Positions 40,201 to 54,099 of a DNA stretch of 64,000 nt are shown here, piece by piece (within the stretch, counting starts at the first letter, position 1; each line of letters starts with the position of its first letter). This DNA is from Antedon mediterranea (Eukaryota; Animalia; Echinodermata). Below the pieces are notes generated by a model. That model was not told the DNA's origin. It saw nothing but the letters and a program-made list of their open reading frames with translations, and ran no database searches. The stretch covers positions 8,958,201 through 9,022,200 of the forward strand of contig NC_092679.1 of NCBI RefSeq assembly GCF_964355755.1, read 5' to 3'. The translations under genes and the position numbers were made by a program.

Positions 40201-41014
40201 GTCTAAAACGTCTGCAAATGCGATTTGAAACTATTCTTAGCACATTGGTGTTTTTATTTGAAACAAATTTTTTCGAAACTCACAAAATGGTCTAAAACGT
40301 CTCCAAATGCGATTTGAAGCTATTTTAAGCACTTTAGTGTTTTTGTGTTAACAAGTTTTTCGAAATGCTCAAAATGGTCTAAAACGTTTTTAAATACGAT
40401 ATTAAGCTATTTTGTGCTCTTTGATGTTTTTTTGTGAAAAGTTTTAGCAAAATGCTCAAAATGGTCTAAAACGATTTCTAATGTGATTTTAAGCACTTTG
40501 ATGTTTTTATGTTAACTAGTTTTTTCGAAAATCACAAAATGGTCTAAAACGTCTCCAAATGCGATTTGAAGCTATTTTAAGCACTTAGGTGCTTTTGTGT
40601 AACCAAGTTTTTTTGAAAATCACAAAAGGGTCTAAAATGTCTCCAAATGTGATTTGAAGCTATTTTAAGCACTTTGGTGTTTTTGTGTTAACAAGTTTTT
40701 CGAAAATCACAAAATTGTCTAAAACGTCTCCAAATGCGATTTGAAGCTATTCTGTACACTTTGATGTTTTTATGTTAACAAGTTTTTTAGAAAATCACAA
40801 AATGGTCTAAAACATCTCCAAATGCGATTTAAAGCTATTTTAAGCACTTTGGTGTTTTTATGTTAACAAGTTTTTTCGAAAATCACAAAATGGTCTAAAA
40901 CGTCTCCAAATGCGATTTGAAGCTATTTTAAGCACTTTGGTGTTTTTGTGTTAACAAGTTTTTCGAAATGCTCAAAATGGTCTAAAACGTTTCCAAATGC
41001 GATTTGAAGCTATT
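37203..41014 (+). repeat. Two tandem copies of the same 1,906-bp 22-mer HOR
   Basis: Cassette starts at 37203, 39109 and 41015. Single copies also lie at 11413-13318, 23804-25709 and 31833-33738. Confidence 0.88.
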
Positions 41015-43609
41015 CTGTACACTTTGATGTTTTGTGTGAAAATTTTCTTTTGAAATGCTCAAAATGGTCAAAAACGTTTTTAAATACGATATTAAGCTAC
41101 TTTGTGCTCTTTGATGTTTTTGTGTGAAATGTTTTATCGAAATGCTCAAAATGGTCTAAAACGGTTTCTAATGTGATTTCAAGCACTTTGATGTTTTTGT
41201 GTAACCAAGTTTTTCGAAAATCACAAAATTGTCTAAAACGTCTCCAAATGCGATTTGAAGCTATTCTGTACACTTTGATGTTTTTATGTTAACAAGTTTT
41301 TCGAAAATCACAAAATGGTCTAAAACGTCTCCAAATGCGATTTTAAGCTATTCTAAGCACTTTGGTGTTTTTATGTTAACAAGTTTTTTTGAAAATCACA
41401 AAATGGTCTAAAACGTCTCTAAATGCGATTTGAAGCTTTTCTGTACACTTTGATGTTTTTATGTTAACAACTTTTTTCGAAAATCACAAAATGGTCTAAA
41501 ATGTCTCCAAATGCGATTTGAAGCTATTCTAAGCACTTTGGTGTTTTTATGGAAACAATTTTTTTCGAAAATCACAAAATGGTCTAAAACGTCTCCAATA
41601 GCGATTTGAAGCTTTTCTTTACACTTTGGTGTTTTTATGTTAACAAGTTTTTTCGAAAATCACAAAATGGTCTAAAACGTCTCCAAATGCGATTTGAAGC
41701 TATTCTGTACACTTTGATGTTTTTATGTTAACAAGTTTTTTCGAAAATCACAAAATGGTCTAAAATGTCTCCAAATGCGATTTGAAGCTATTCTAAGCAC
41801 TTTGGTGTTTTTATGGAAACATTTTTTTTCGAAAATCACAAAATGGTCTAAAACGTCTCCAATAGTGATTTGAAGCTTTTCTTTACACTTTGGTGTTTTT
41901 ATGTTAAGTTTTTTCGAAAATCACAAAATGGTCTAAAACGTCTCCAAATGCGATTTGAAGCTATTCTGTACACTTTGATGTTTTGTGTGAAAATTTTCTG
42001 TCGAAATGCTCAAAATGGTCAAAAACGTTTTTAAATACGATATTAAGCTACTTTGTGCTCTTTGATGTTTTTGTGTGAAATGTTTTATCGAAATGCTCAA
42101 AATGGTCTAAAACGGTTTCTAATGTGATTTCAAGCACTTTGATGTTTTTGTGTAACCAAGTTTTTCGAAAATCACAAAATTGTCTAAAACGTCTCCAAAT
42201 GCGATTTGAAGCTATTCTGTACACTTTGATGTTTTTATGTTAACAAGTTTTTCGAAAATCACAAAATGGTCTAAAACGTTTCCAAATGCGATTTTAAGCT
42301 ATTCTAAGCACTTTGGTGTTTTTATGTTAACAAGTTTTTTTGAAAATCACAAAATGGTCTAAAACGTCTCTAAATGCGATTTGAAGCTTTTCTGTACACT
42401 TTGATGTTTTTATGTTAACAACTTTTTTCGAAAATCACAAAATGGTCTAAAATGTCTCCAAATGCGATTTGAAGCTATTCTAAGCACTTTGGTGTTTTTA
42501 TGGAAACAATTTTTTTCGAAAATCACAAAATGGTCTAAAACGTCTCCAATAGCGATTTGAAGCTTTTCTGTACACTTTGGTGTTTTTATGTTAACAATTT
42601 TTTTCGAAAATCACAAAATGGTCTAAAACGTCTCCAAATGCGATTTGAAGCTATTCTGTACACTTTGATGTTTTTATGTTAACAAGTTTTTTCGAAAATC
42701 ATAAAATGGTCTAAAACGTTTCCAAATGCGATTTAAAGCTATTCTGTACACTTTGATGTTTTGTGTGAAAATTTTCTGTCGAAATGCTCAAAATGGTCAA
42801 AAACGTTTTTAAATACGATATTAAGCTACTTTGTGCTCTTTGATGTTTTTGTGTGAAATGTTTTATCGAAATGCTCAAAATGGTCTAAAACGGTTTCTAA
42901 TGTGATTTCAAGCACTTTGATGTTTTTGTGTAACCAAGTTTTTCGAAAATCACAAAATTGTCTAAAACGTCTCCAAATGAGATTTGAAGCTATTCTGTAC
43001 ACTTTGGTGTTTTTATGTTAACAAGTTTTTTCGAAAATCACAAAATGGTCTAAAACGTCTCCAAATGCGATTTAAAGCTATTTTAAGCACTTTTGTGTTT
43101 TTGTGTAACCAAGTTTTTTCGAAAATCACAAAAGGGTCTAAAATGTCTGTAAATGCGATTTGAAGCTATTTAAAGCACTTTGGTGTTTTTAGGTTAACAA
43201 GTTTTTTCGAAAATCACAAAATGGTCTAAAACGTCTACAAATGCGATTTGAAGCTATTCTAAGCACTTTTGTGTTTTTATGTTAACAAGTTTTTTCGAAA
43301 ATCACAAAATGGTCTAAAACGTCTCCAAATGCGATTTGAAGCTATTTTAAGCACTTTGGTGTTTTTGTGTTAACAAGTTTTTCGAAATGCTCAAAATGGT
43401 CTAAAACGTCTCCAAATGCGATTTGAAGCTATTCTAAGCACTTTGGTGTTTTTATGTTAACAAGTTTTTTCGAAAATCACAAAATGGTCTAAAACGTCTA
43501 CAAATGCGATTTGAAGCTATTCTGTACACTTTGATGCTTTTATGTTAACAAGTTTTTTCGAAAATCACAAAATGGTCTAAAACGTTTCCAAATGCGATTT
43601 GAAGCTATT

Positions 43610-46600
43610 CTGTACACTTTGATGTTTTGTGTGAAAATTTTCTGTCGAAATGCTCAAAATGGTCAAAAACGTTTTTAAATACGATATTAAGCTACTTTGT
43701 GCTCTTTGATGTTTTTGTGTGAAATGTTTTATCGAAATGCTCAAAATGGTCTAAAACGGTTTCTAATGTGATTTCAAGCACTTTGATGTTTTTGTGTAAC
43801 CAAGTTTTTCGAAAATCACAAAATTGTCTAAAACGTCTCCAAATGCGATTTGAAGCTATTCTGTACACTTTGATGTTTTTATGTTAACAAGTTTTTCGAA
43901 AATCACAAAATGGTCTAAAACGTCTCCAAATGCGATTTTAAGCTATTCTAAGCACTTTGGTGTTTTTATGTTAACAAGTTTTTTTGAAAATCACAAAATG
44001 GTCTAAAACGTCTCTAAATGCGATTTGAAGCTTTTCTGTACACTTTGATGTTTTTATGTTAACAACTTTTTTCGAAAATCACAAAATGGTCTAAAATGTC
44101 TCCAAATGCGATTTGAAGCTATTCTAAGCACTTTGGTGTTTTTATGGAAACAATTTTTTTCGAAAATCACAAAATGGTCTAAAACGTCTCCAATAGCGAT
44201 TTGAAGCTTTTCTTTACACTTTGGTGTTTTTATGTTAACAAGTTTTTTCGAAAATCACAAAATGGTCTAAAACGTCTCCAAATGCGATTTGAAGCTATTC
44301 TGTACACTTTGATGTTTTTATGTTAACAAGTTTTTTCGAAAATCACAAAATGGTCTAAAATGTCTCCAAATGCGATTTGAAGCTATTCTAAGCACTTTGG
44401 TGTTTTTATGGAAACATTTTTTTTCGAAAATCACAAAATGGTCTAAAACGTCTCCAATAGTGATTTGAAGCTTTTCTTTACACTTTGGTGTTTTTATGTT
44501 AAGTTTTTTCGAAAATCACAAAATGGTCTAAAACGTCTCCAAATTCGATTTGAAGCTATTCTGTACACTTTGATGTTTTTATGTTAACAAGTTTTTTCGA
44601 AAATCACAAAATGGTCAAAAACGTCTACAAATGCGATTTGAAGCTATTCTAAGCACTTTTGTGTTTTTATGTTAACAAGTTTTTTCGAAAATCACAAAAT
44701 GGTCTAAAACGTCTGCAAATGCGATTTGAAACTATTCTTAGCACATTGGTGTTTTTATTTGAAACAAATTTTTTCGAAACTCACAAAATGGTCTAAAACG
44801 TCTCCAAATGCGATTTGAAGCTATTTTAAGCACTTTAGTGTTTTTGTGTTAACAAGTTTTTCGAAATGCTCAAAATGGTCTAAAACGTTTTTAAATACGA
44901 TATTAAGCTATTTTGTGCTCTTTGATGTTTTTTTGTGAAAAGTTTTAGCAAAATGCTCAAAATGGTCTAAAACGATTTCTAATGTGATTTTAAGCACTTT
45001 GATGTTTTTATGTTAACTAGTTTTTTCGAAAATCACAAAATGGTCTAAAACGTCTCCAAATGCGATTTGAAGCTATTTTAAGCACTTAGGTGCTTTTGTG
45101 TAACCAAGTTTTTTTGAAAATCACAAAAGGGTCTAAAATGTCTCCAAATGTGATTTGAAGCTATTTTAAGCACTTTGGTGTTTTTGTGTTAACAAGTTTT
45201 TCGAAAATCACAAAATTGTCTAAAACGTCTCCAAATGCGATTTGAAGCTATTCTGTACACTTTGATGTTTTTATGTTAACAAGTTTTTTAGAAAATCACA
45301 AAATGGTCTAAAACATCTCCAAATGCGATTTAAAGCTATTTTAAGCACTTTGGTGTTTTTATGTTAACAAGTTTTTTCGAAAATCACAAAATGGTCTAAA
45401 ACGTCTCCAAATGCGATTTGAAGCTATTTTAAGCACTTTGGTGTTTTTGTGTTAACAAGTTTTTCGAAATGCTCAAAATGGTCTAAAATGTTTCCAAATG
45501 CGATTTGAAGCTATTCTGTACACTTTGATGTTTTGTGTGAAAATTTTGTTTTGAAATGCTCAAAATGGTCAAAAACGTTTTTAAATACGATATTAAGCTA
45601 CTTTGTGCTCTTTGATGTTTTTGTGTGAAATGTTTTATCGAAATGCTCAAAATGGTCTAAAACGGTTTCTAATGTGATTTCAAGCACTTTGATGTTTTTG
45701 TGTAACCAAGTTTTTCGAAAATCACAAAATTGTCTAAAACGTCTCCAAATGCGATTTGAAGCTATTCTGTACACTTTGATGTTTTTATGTTAACAAGTTT
45801 TTCGAAAATCACAAAATGGTCTAAAACGTCTCCAAATGCGATTTTAAGCTATTCTAAGCACTTTGGTGTTTTTATGTTAACAAGTTTTTTTGAAAATCAC
45901 AAAATGGTCTAAAACGTCTCTAAATGCGATTTCAAGCTTTTCTGTACACTTTGATGTTTTTATGTTAACAACTTTTTTCGAAAATCACAAAATGGTCTAA
46001 AATGTCTCCAAATGCGATTTGAAGCTATTCTAAGCACTTTGGTGTTTTTATGGAAACAATTTTTTTCGAAAATCACAAAATGGTCTAAAACGTCTCCAAT
46101 AGCGATTTGAAGCTTTTCTTTACACTTTGGTGTTTTTATGTTAACAAGTTTTTTCGAAAATCACAAAATGGTCTAAAACGTCTCCAAATGCGATTTGAAG
46201 CTATTCTGTACACTTTGATGTTTTTATGTTAACAAGTTTTTTCGAAAATCACAAAATGGTCTAAAATGTCTCCAAATGCGATTTGAAGCTATTCTAAGCA
46301 CTTTGGTGTTTTTATGGAAACATTTTTTTTCGAAAATCACAAAATGGTCTAAAACGTCTCCAATAGTGATTTGAAGCTTTTCTTTACACTTTGGTGTTTT
46401 TATGTTAAGTTTTTTCGAAAATCACAAAATGGTCTAAAACGTCTCCAAATTCGATTTGAAGCTATTCTGTACACTTTGATGTTTTTATGTTAACAAGTTT
46501 TTTCGAAAATCACAAAATGGTCAAAAACGTCTACAAATGCGATTTGAAGCTATTCTAAGCACTTTTGTGTTTTTATGTTAACAAGTTTTTTCGAAAATCA

Positions 46601-49327
46601 CAAAATGGTCTAAAACGTCTGCAAATGCGATTTGAAACTATTCTTAGCACATTGGTGTTTTTATTTGAAACAAATTTTTTCGAAACTCACAAAATGGTCT
46701 AAAACGTCTCCAAATGCGATTTGAAGCTATTTTAAGCACTTTAGTGTTTTTGTGTTAACAAGTTTTTCGAAATGCTCAAAATGGTCTAAAACGTTTTTAA
46801 ATACGATATTAAGCTATTTTGTGCTCTTTGATGTTTTTTTGTGAAAAGTTTTAGCAAAATGCTCAAAATGGTCTAAAACGATTTCTAATGTGATTTTAAG
46901 CACTTTGATGTTTTTATGTTAACTAGTTTTTTCGAAAATCACAAAATGGTCTAAAACGTCTCCAAATGCGATTTGAAGCTATTTTAAGCACTTAGGTGCT
47001 TTTGTGTAACCAAGTTTTTTTGAAAATCACAAAAGGGTCTAAAATGTCTCCAAATGTGATTTGAAGCTATTTTAAGCACTTTGGTGTTTTTGTGTTAACA
47101 AGTTTTTCGAAAATCACAAAATTGTCTAAAACGTCTCCAAATGCGATTTGAAGCTATTCTGTACACTTTGATGTTTTTATGTTAACAAGTTTTTTAGAAA
47201 ATCACAAAATGGTCTAAAACATCTCCAAATGCGATTTAAAGCTATTTTAAGCACTTTAGTGTTTTTATGTTAACATGTTTTTTCGAAAATCACAAAATGG
47301 TCTAAAACGTCTCCAAATGCGATTTGAAGCTATTTTAAGCACTTTGGTGTTTTTGTGTTAACAAGTTTTTCGAAATGCTCAAAATGGTCTAAAACGTTTC
47401 CAAATGCGATTTGAAGCTATTCTGTACACTTTGATGTTTTGTGTGAAAATTTTCTTTTGAAATGCTCAAAATGGTCAAAAACGTTTTTAAATACGATATT
47501 AAGCTACTTTGTGCTCTTTGATGTTTTTGTGTGAAATGTTTTATCGAAATGCTCAAAATGGTCTAAAACGGTTTCTAATGTGATTTCAAGCACTTTGATG
47601 TTTTTGTGTAACCAAGTTTTTCGAAAATCACAAAATTGTCTAAAACGTCTCCAAATGCGATTTGAAGCTATTCTGTACACTTTGATGTTTTTATGTTAAC
47701 AAGTTTTTCGAAAATCACAAAATGGTCTAAAACGTCTCCAAATGCGATTTTAAGCTATTCTAAGCACTTTGGTGTTTTTATGTTAACAAGTTTTTTTGAA
47801 AATCACAAAATGGTCTAAAACGTCTCTAAATGCGATTTGAAGCTTTTCTGTACACTTTGATGTTTTTATGTTAACAACTTTTTTCGAAAATCACAAAATG
47901 GTCTAAAATGTCTCCAAATGCGATTTGAAGCTATTCTAAGCACTTTGGTGTTTTTATGGAAACAATTTTTTTCGAAAATCACAAAATGGTCTAAAACGTC
48001 TCCAACAGCGATTTGAAGCTTTTCTTTACACTTTGGTGTTTTTATGTTAACAAGTTTTTTCGAAAATCACAAAATGGTCTAAAACGTCTCCAAATGCGAT
48101 TTGAAGCTATTCTGTACACTTTGATGTTTTTATGTTAACAAGTTTTTTCGAAAATCACAAAATGGTCTAAAATGTCTCCAAATGCGATTTGAAGCTATTC
48201 TAAGCACTTTGGTGTTTTTATGGAAACATTTTTTTTCGAAAATCACAAAATGGTCTAAAACGTCTCCAATAGTGATTTGAAGCTTTTCTTTACACTTTGG
48301 TGTTTTTATGTTAAGTTTTTTCGAAAATCACAAAATGGTCTAAAACGTCTCCAAATTCGATTTGAAGCTATTCTGTACACTTTGATGTTTTTATGTTAAC
48401 AAGTTTTTTCGAAAATCACAAAATGGTCAAAAACGTCTACAAATGCGATTTGAAGCTATTCTAAGCACTTTTGTGTTTTTATGTTAACAAGTTTTTTCGA
48501 AAATCACAAAATGGTCTAAAACGTCTGCAAATGCGATTTGAAACTATTCTTAGCACATTGGTGTTTTTATTTGAAACAAATTTTTTCGAAACTCACAAAA
48601 TGGTCTAAAACGTCTCCAAATGCGATTTGAAGCTATTTTAAGCACTTTAGTGTTTTTGTGTTAACAAGTTTTTCGAAATGCTCAAAATGGTCTAAAACGT
48701 TTTTAAATACGATATTAAGCTATTTTGTGCTCTTTGATGTTTTTTTGTGAAAAGTTTTAGCAAAATGCTCAAAATGGTCTAAAACGATTTCTAATGTGAT
48801 TTTAAGCACTTTGATGTTTTTATGTTAACTAGTTTTTTCGAAAATCACAAAATGGTCTAAAACGTCTCCAAATGCGATTTGAAGCTATTTTAAGCACTTA
48901 GGTGCTTTTGTGTAACCAAGTTTTTTTGAAAATCACAAAAGGGTCTAAAATGTCTCCAAATGTGATTTGAAGCTATTTTAAGCACTTTGGTGTTTTTGTG
49001 TTAACAAGTTTTTCGAAAATCACAAAATTGTCTAAAACGTCTCCAAATGCGATTTGAAGCTATTCTGTACACTTTGATGTTTTTATGTTAACAAGTTTTT
49101 TAGAAAATCACAAAATGGTCTAAAACATCTCCAAATGCGATTTAAAGCTATTTTAAGCACTTTGGTGTTTTTATGTTAACAAGTTTTTTCGAAAATCACA
49201 AAATGGTCTAAAACGTCTCCAAATGCGATTTGAAGCTATTTTAAGCACTTTGGTGTTTTTGTGTTAACAAGTTTTTCGAAATGCTCAAAATGGTCTAAAA
49301 CGTTTCCAAATGCGATTTGAAGCTATT
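43610..49327 (+). repeat. Three tandem copies of a 22-monomer, 1,906-bp HOR
   Basis: Cassette starts at 43610, 45516, 47422 and 49328, each 1,906 apart. I counted 22 monomers in 43610-45515. Confidence 0.9.
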
Positions 49328-52300
49328 CTGTACACTTTGATGTTTTGTGTGAAAATTTTCTTTTGAAATGCTCAAAATGGTCAAAAACGTTTTTAAATAC
49401 GATATTAAGCTACTTTGTGCTCTTTGATGTTTTTGTGTGAAATGTTTTATCGAAATGCTCAAAATGGTCTAAAACGGTTTCTAATGTGATTTCAAGCACT
49501 TTGATGTTTTTGTGTAACCAAGTTTTTCGAAAATCACAAAATTGTCTAAAACGTCTCCAAATGCGATTTGAAGCTATTCTGTACACTTTGATGTTTTTAT
49601 GTTAACAAGTTTTTCGAAAATCACAAAATGGTCTAAAACGTTTCCAAATGCGATTTTAAGCTATTCTAAGCACTTTGGTGTTTTTATGTTAACAAGTTTT
49701 TTTGAAAATCACAAAATGGTCTAAAACGTCTCTAAATGCGATTTGAAGCTTTTCTGTACACTTTGATGTTTTTATGTTAACAACTTTTTTCGAAAATCAC
49801 AAAATGGTCTAAAATGTCTCCAAATGCGATTTGAAGCTATTCTAAGCACTTTGGTGTTTTTATGGAAACAATTTTTTTCGAAAATCACAAAATGGTCTAA
49901 AACGTCTCCAATAGCGATTTGAAGCTTTTCTGTACACTTTGGTGTTTTTATGTTAACAATTTTTTTCGAAAATCACAAAATGGTCTAAAACGTCTCCAAA
50001 TGCGATTTGAAGCTATTCTGTACACTTTGATGTTTTTATGTTAACAAGTTTTTTCGAAAATCATAAAATGGTCTAAAACGTTTCCAAATGCGATTTAAAG
50101 CTATTCTGTACACTTTGATGTTTTGTGTGAAAATTTTCTGTCGAAATGCTCAAAATGGTCAAAAACGTTTTTAAATACGATATTAAGCTGCTTTGTGCTC
50201 TTTGATGTTTTTGTGTGAAATGTTTTATCGAAATGCTCAAAATGGTCTAAAACGGTTTCTAATGTGATTTCAAGCACTTTGATGTTTTTGTGTAACCAAG
50301 TTTTTCGAAAATCACAAAATTGTCTAAAACGTCTCCAAATGAGATTTGAAGCTATTCTGTACACTTTGGTGTTTTTATGTTAACAAGTTTTTTCGAAAAT
50401 CACAAAATGGTCTAAAACGTCTCCAAATGCGATTTAAAGCTATTTTAAGCACTTTTGTGTTTTTGTGTAACCAAGTTTTTTCGAAAATCACAAAAGGGTC
50501 TAAAATGTCTGTAAATGCGATTTGAAGCTATTTAAAGCACTTTTGTGTTTTTATGTTAACAAGTTTTTTCGAAAATCACAAAATGGTCTAAAACGTCTCC
50601 AAATGCGATTTGAAGCTATTTTAAGCACTTTGGTGTTTTTGTGTTAACAAGTTTTTCGAAATGCTCAAAATGGTCTAAAACGTCTCCAAATGCGATTTGA
50701 AGCTATTCTAAGCACTTTGGTGTTTTTATGTTAACAAGTTTTTTCGAAAATCACAAAATGGTATAAAACGTCTCCAAATGCGATTTGAAGCTATTCTAAG
50801 CACTTTGGTGTTTTTATGTTAACAAGTTTTTTCGAAAATCACAAAATGGTCTAAAACGTTTCCAAATGCGATTTGAAGCTATTCTGTACACTTTGATGTT
50901 TTGTGTGAAAATTTTCTTTTGAAATGCTCAAAATGGTCAAAAACGTTTTTAAATACGATATTAAGCTACTTTGTGCTCTTTGATGTTTTTGTGTGAAATG
51001 TTTTATCGAAATGCTCAAAATGGTCTAAAACGGTTTCTAATGTGATTTCAAGCACTTTGATGTTTTTGTGTAACCAAGTTTTTCGAAAATCACAAAATTG
51101 TCTAAAACGTCTCCAAATGCGATTTGAAGCTATTCTGTACACTTTGATGTTTTTATGTTAACAAGTTTTTCGAAAATCACAAAATGGTCTAAAACGTTTC
51201 CAACTGCGATTTTAAGCTATTCTAAGCACTTTGGTGTTTTTATGTTAACAAGTTTTTTTGAAAATCACAAAATGGTCTAAAACGTCTCTAAATGCGATTT
51301 GAAGCTTTTCTGTACACTTTGATGTTTTTATGTTAACAAGTTTTTTCGAAAATCACAAAATGGTCTAAAATGTCTCCAAATGCGATTTGAAGCTATTCTA
51401 AGCACTTTGGTGTTTTTATGGAAACAATTTTTTTCGAAAATCACAAAATGGTCTAAAACGTCTCCAATAGCGATTTGAAGCTTTTCTTTACACTTTGGTG
51501 TTTTTATGTTAACAAGTTTTTTCGAAAATCACAAAATGGTCTAAAACGTTTACAAATGCGATTTGAAGCTATTCTAAGCACTTTTGTGTTTTTATGTTAA
51601 CAAGTTTTTTCGAAAATCACAAAATGGTCTAAAACGTCTGCAAATGCGATTTGAAACTATTCTTAGCACATTGGTGTTTTTATTTAAACAAATTTTTTCG
51701 AAACTCACAAAATGGTCTAAAACGTCTCCAAATGCGATTTGAAGCTATTTTAAGCACTTTAGTGTTTTTGTGTTAACAAGTTTTTCGAAATGCTCAAAAT
51801 GGTCTAAAACGTTTTTAAACACGATATTAAGCTCACAAAACGTCTCCAAATGCGATTTGAAGCTATTCTGTACACTTTGATGTTTTTATGTTAATAAGTT
51901 TTTCTTTACACTTTGGTGTTTTTATGTTAACAAGTTTTTTCGAAAATCACAAAATGGTCTAAAACGATTTCTAATGTGATTTTAAGCACTTTGATGTTTT
52001 TATGTTAACTAGTTTTTTCGAAAATCACAAAATGGTCTAAAACGTCTCCAAATGCGATTTGAAGCTATTTTAAGCACTTAGGTGCTTTTGTGTAACCAAT
52101 TTTTTTTGAAAATCACAAAAGGGTCTAAAATGTCTCCAAATGTGATTTGAAGCTATTTTAAGCACTTTGGTGTTTTTGTGTTAACAAGTTTTTCGAAAAT
52201 CATAAAATGGTCTAAAACGTTTCCAAATGCGATTTAAAGCTATTCTGTACACTTTGATGTTTTGTGTGAAAATTTTCTGTCGAAATGCTCAAAATGGTCA

Positions 52301-54099
52301 AAAACGTTTTTAAATACGATATTAAGCTGCTTTGTGCTCTTTGATGTTTTTGTGTGAAATGTTTTATCGAAATGCTCAAAATGGTCTAAAACGGTTTCTA
52401 ATGTGATTTCAAGCACTTTGATGTTTTTGTGTAACCAAGTTTTTCGAAAATCACAAAATTGTCTAAAACGTCTCCAAATGAGATTTGAAGCTATTCTGTA
52501 CACTTTGATGTTTTTATGTTAACAAGTTTTTTCGAAAATCACAAAATGGTCTAAAATGTCTCCAAATGCGATTTGAAGCTATTCTAAGCCCTTTGGTGTT
52601 TTTATGGAAACATTTTTTTTCGAAAATCACAAAATGGTCTAAAACGTCTCCAATAGTGATTTGAAGCTTTTCTTTACACTTTGGTGTTTTTATGTTAAGT
52701 TTTTTCGAAAATCACAAAATGGTCTAAAACGTCTCCAAATTCGATTTGAAGCTATTCTGTACACTTTGATGTTTTTATGTTAACAAGTTTTTTCGAAAAT
52801 CACAAAATGGTCAAAAACGTCTACAAATGCGATTTGAAGCTATTCTAAGCACTTTTGTGTTTTTATGTTAACAAGTTTTTTCGAAAATCACAAAATGGTC
52901 TAAAACGTCTGCAAATGCGATTTGAAACTATTCTTAGCACATTGGTGTTTTTATTTGAAACAAATTTTTTCGAAACTCACAAAATGGTCTAAAACGTCTC
53001 CAAATGCGATTTGAAGCTATTTTAAGCACTTTAGTGTTTTTGTGTTAACAAGTTTTTCGAAATGCTCAAAATGGTCTAAAACGTTTTTAAATACGATATT
53101 AAGCTATTTTGTGCTCTTTGATGTTTTTTTGTGAAAAGTTTTAGCAAAATGCTCAAAATGGTCTAAAACGATTTCTAATGTGATTTTAAGCACTTTGATG
53201 TTTTTATGTTAACTAGTTTTTTCGAAAATCACAAAATGGTCTAAAACGTCTCCAAATGCGATTTGAAGCTATTTTAAGCACTTAGGTGCTTTTGTGTAAC
53301 CAAGTTTTTTTGAAAATCACAAAAGGGTCTAAAATGTCTCCAAATGTGATTTGAAGCTATTTTAAGCACTTTGGTGTTTTTGTGTTAACAAGTTTTTCGA
53401 AAATCACAAAATTGTCTAAAACGTCTCCAAATGCGATTTGAAGCTATTCTGTACACTTTGATGTTTTTATGTTAACAAGTTTTTTAGAAAATCACAAAAT
53501 GGTCTAAAACATCTCCAAATGCGATTTAAAGCTATTTTAAGCACTTTGGTGTTTTTATGTTAACAAGTTTTTTCGAAAATCACAAAATGGTCTAAAACGT
53601 CTCCAAATGCGATTTGAAGCTATTTGAAGCACTTTGGTGTTTTTGTGTTAACAAGTTTTTCGAAATGCTCAAAATGGTCTAAAACGTTTCCAAATGCGAT
53701 TTGAAGCTATTCTGTACACTTTGATGTTTTGTGTGAAAATTTTCTTTTGAAATGCTCAAAATGGTCAAAAACGTTTTTAAATACGATATTAAGCTACTTT
53801 GTGCTCTTTGATGTTTTTGTGTGAAATGTTTTATCGAAATGCTCAAAATGGTCTAAAACGGTTTCTAATGTGATTTCAAGCACTTTGATGTTTTTGTGTA
53901 ACCAAGTTTTTCGAAAATCACAAAATTGTCTAAAACGTCTCCAAATGCGATTTGAAGCTATTCTGTACACTTTGATGTTTTTATGTTAACAAGTTTTTCG
54001 AAAATCACAAAATGGTCTAAAACGTCTCCAAATGCGATTTTAAGCTATTCTAAGCACTTTGGTGTTTTTATGTTAACAAGTTTTTTTGAAAATCACAAA

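Noticed and set aside
50101-50364. 87-aa minus-strand ORF
   Set aside because: It lies wholly in satellite, begins at GTG, and is open only because A>G at 50190 turns the TAG present in the other cassette copies into CAG. The repeated DHFEHFD just mirrors the monomer repeat. No coding evidence.
52240-52503. Identical 87-aa minus-strand ORF
   Set aside because: It is a copy of the same SNP-bearing satellite tract, not a gene.
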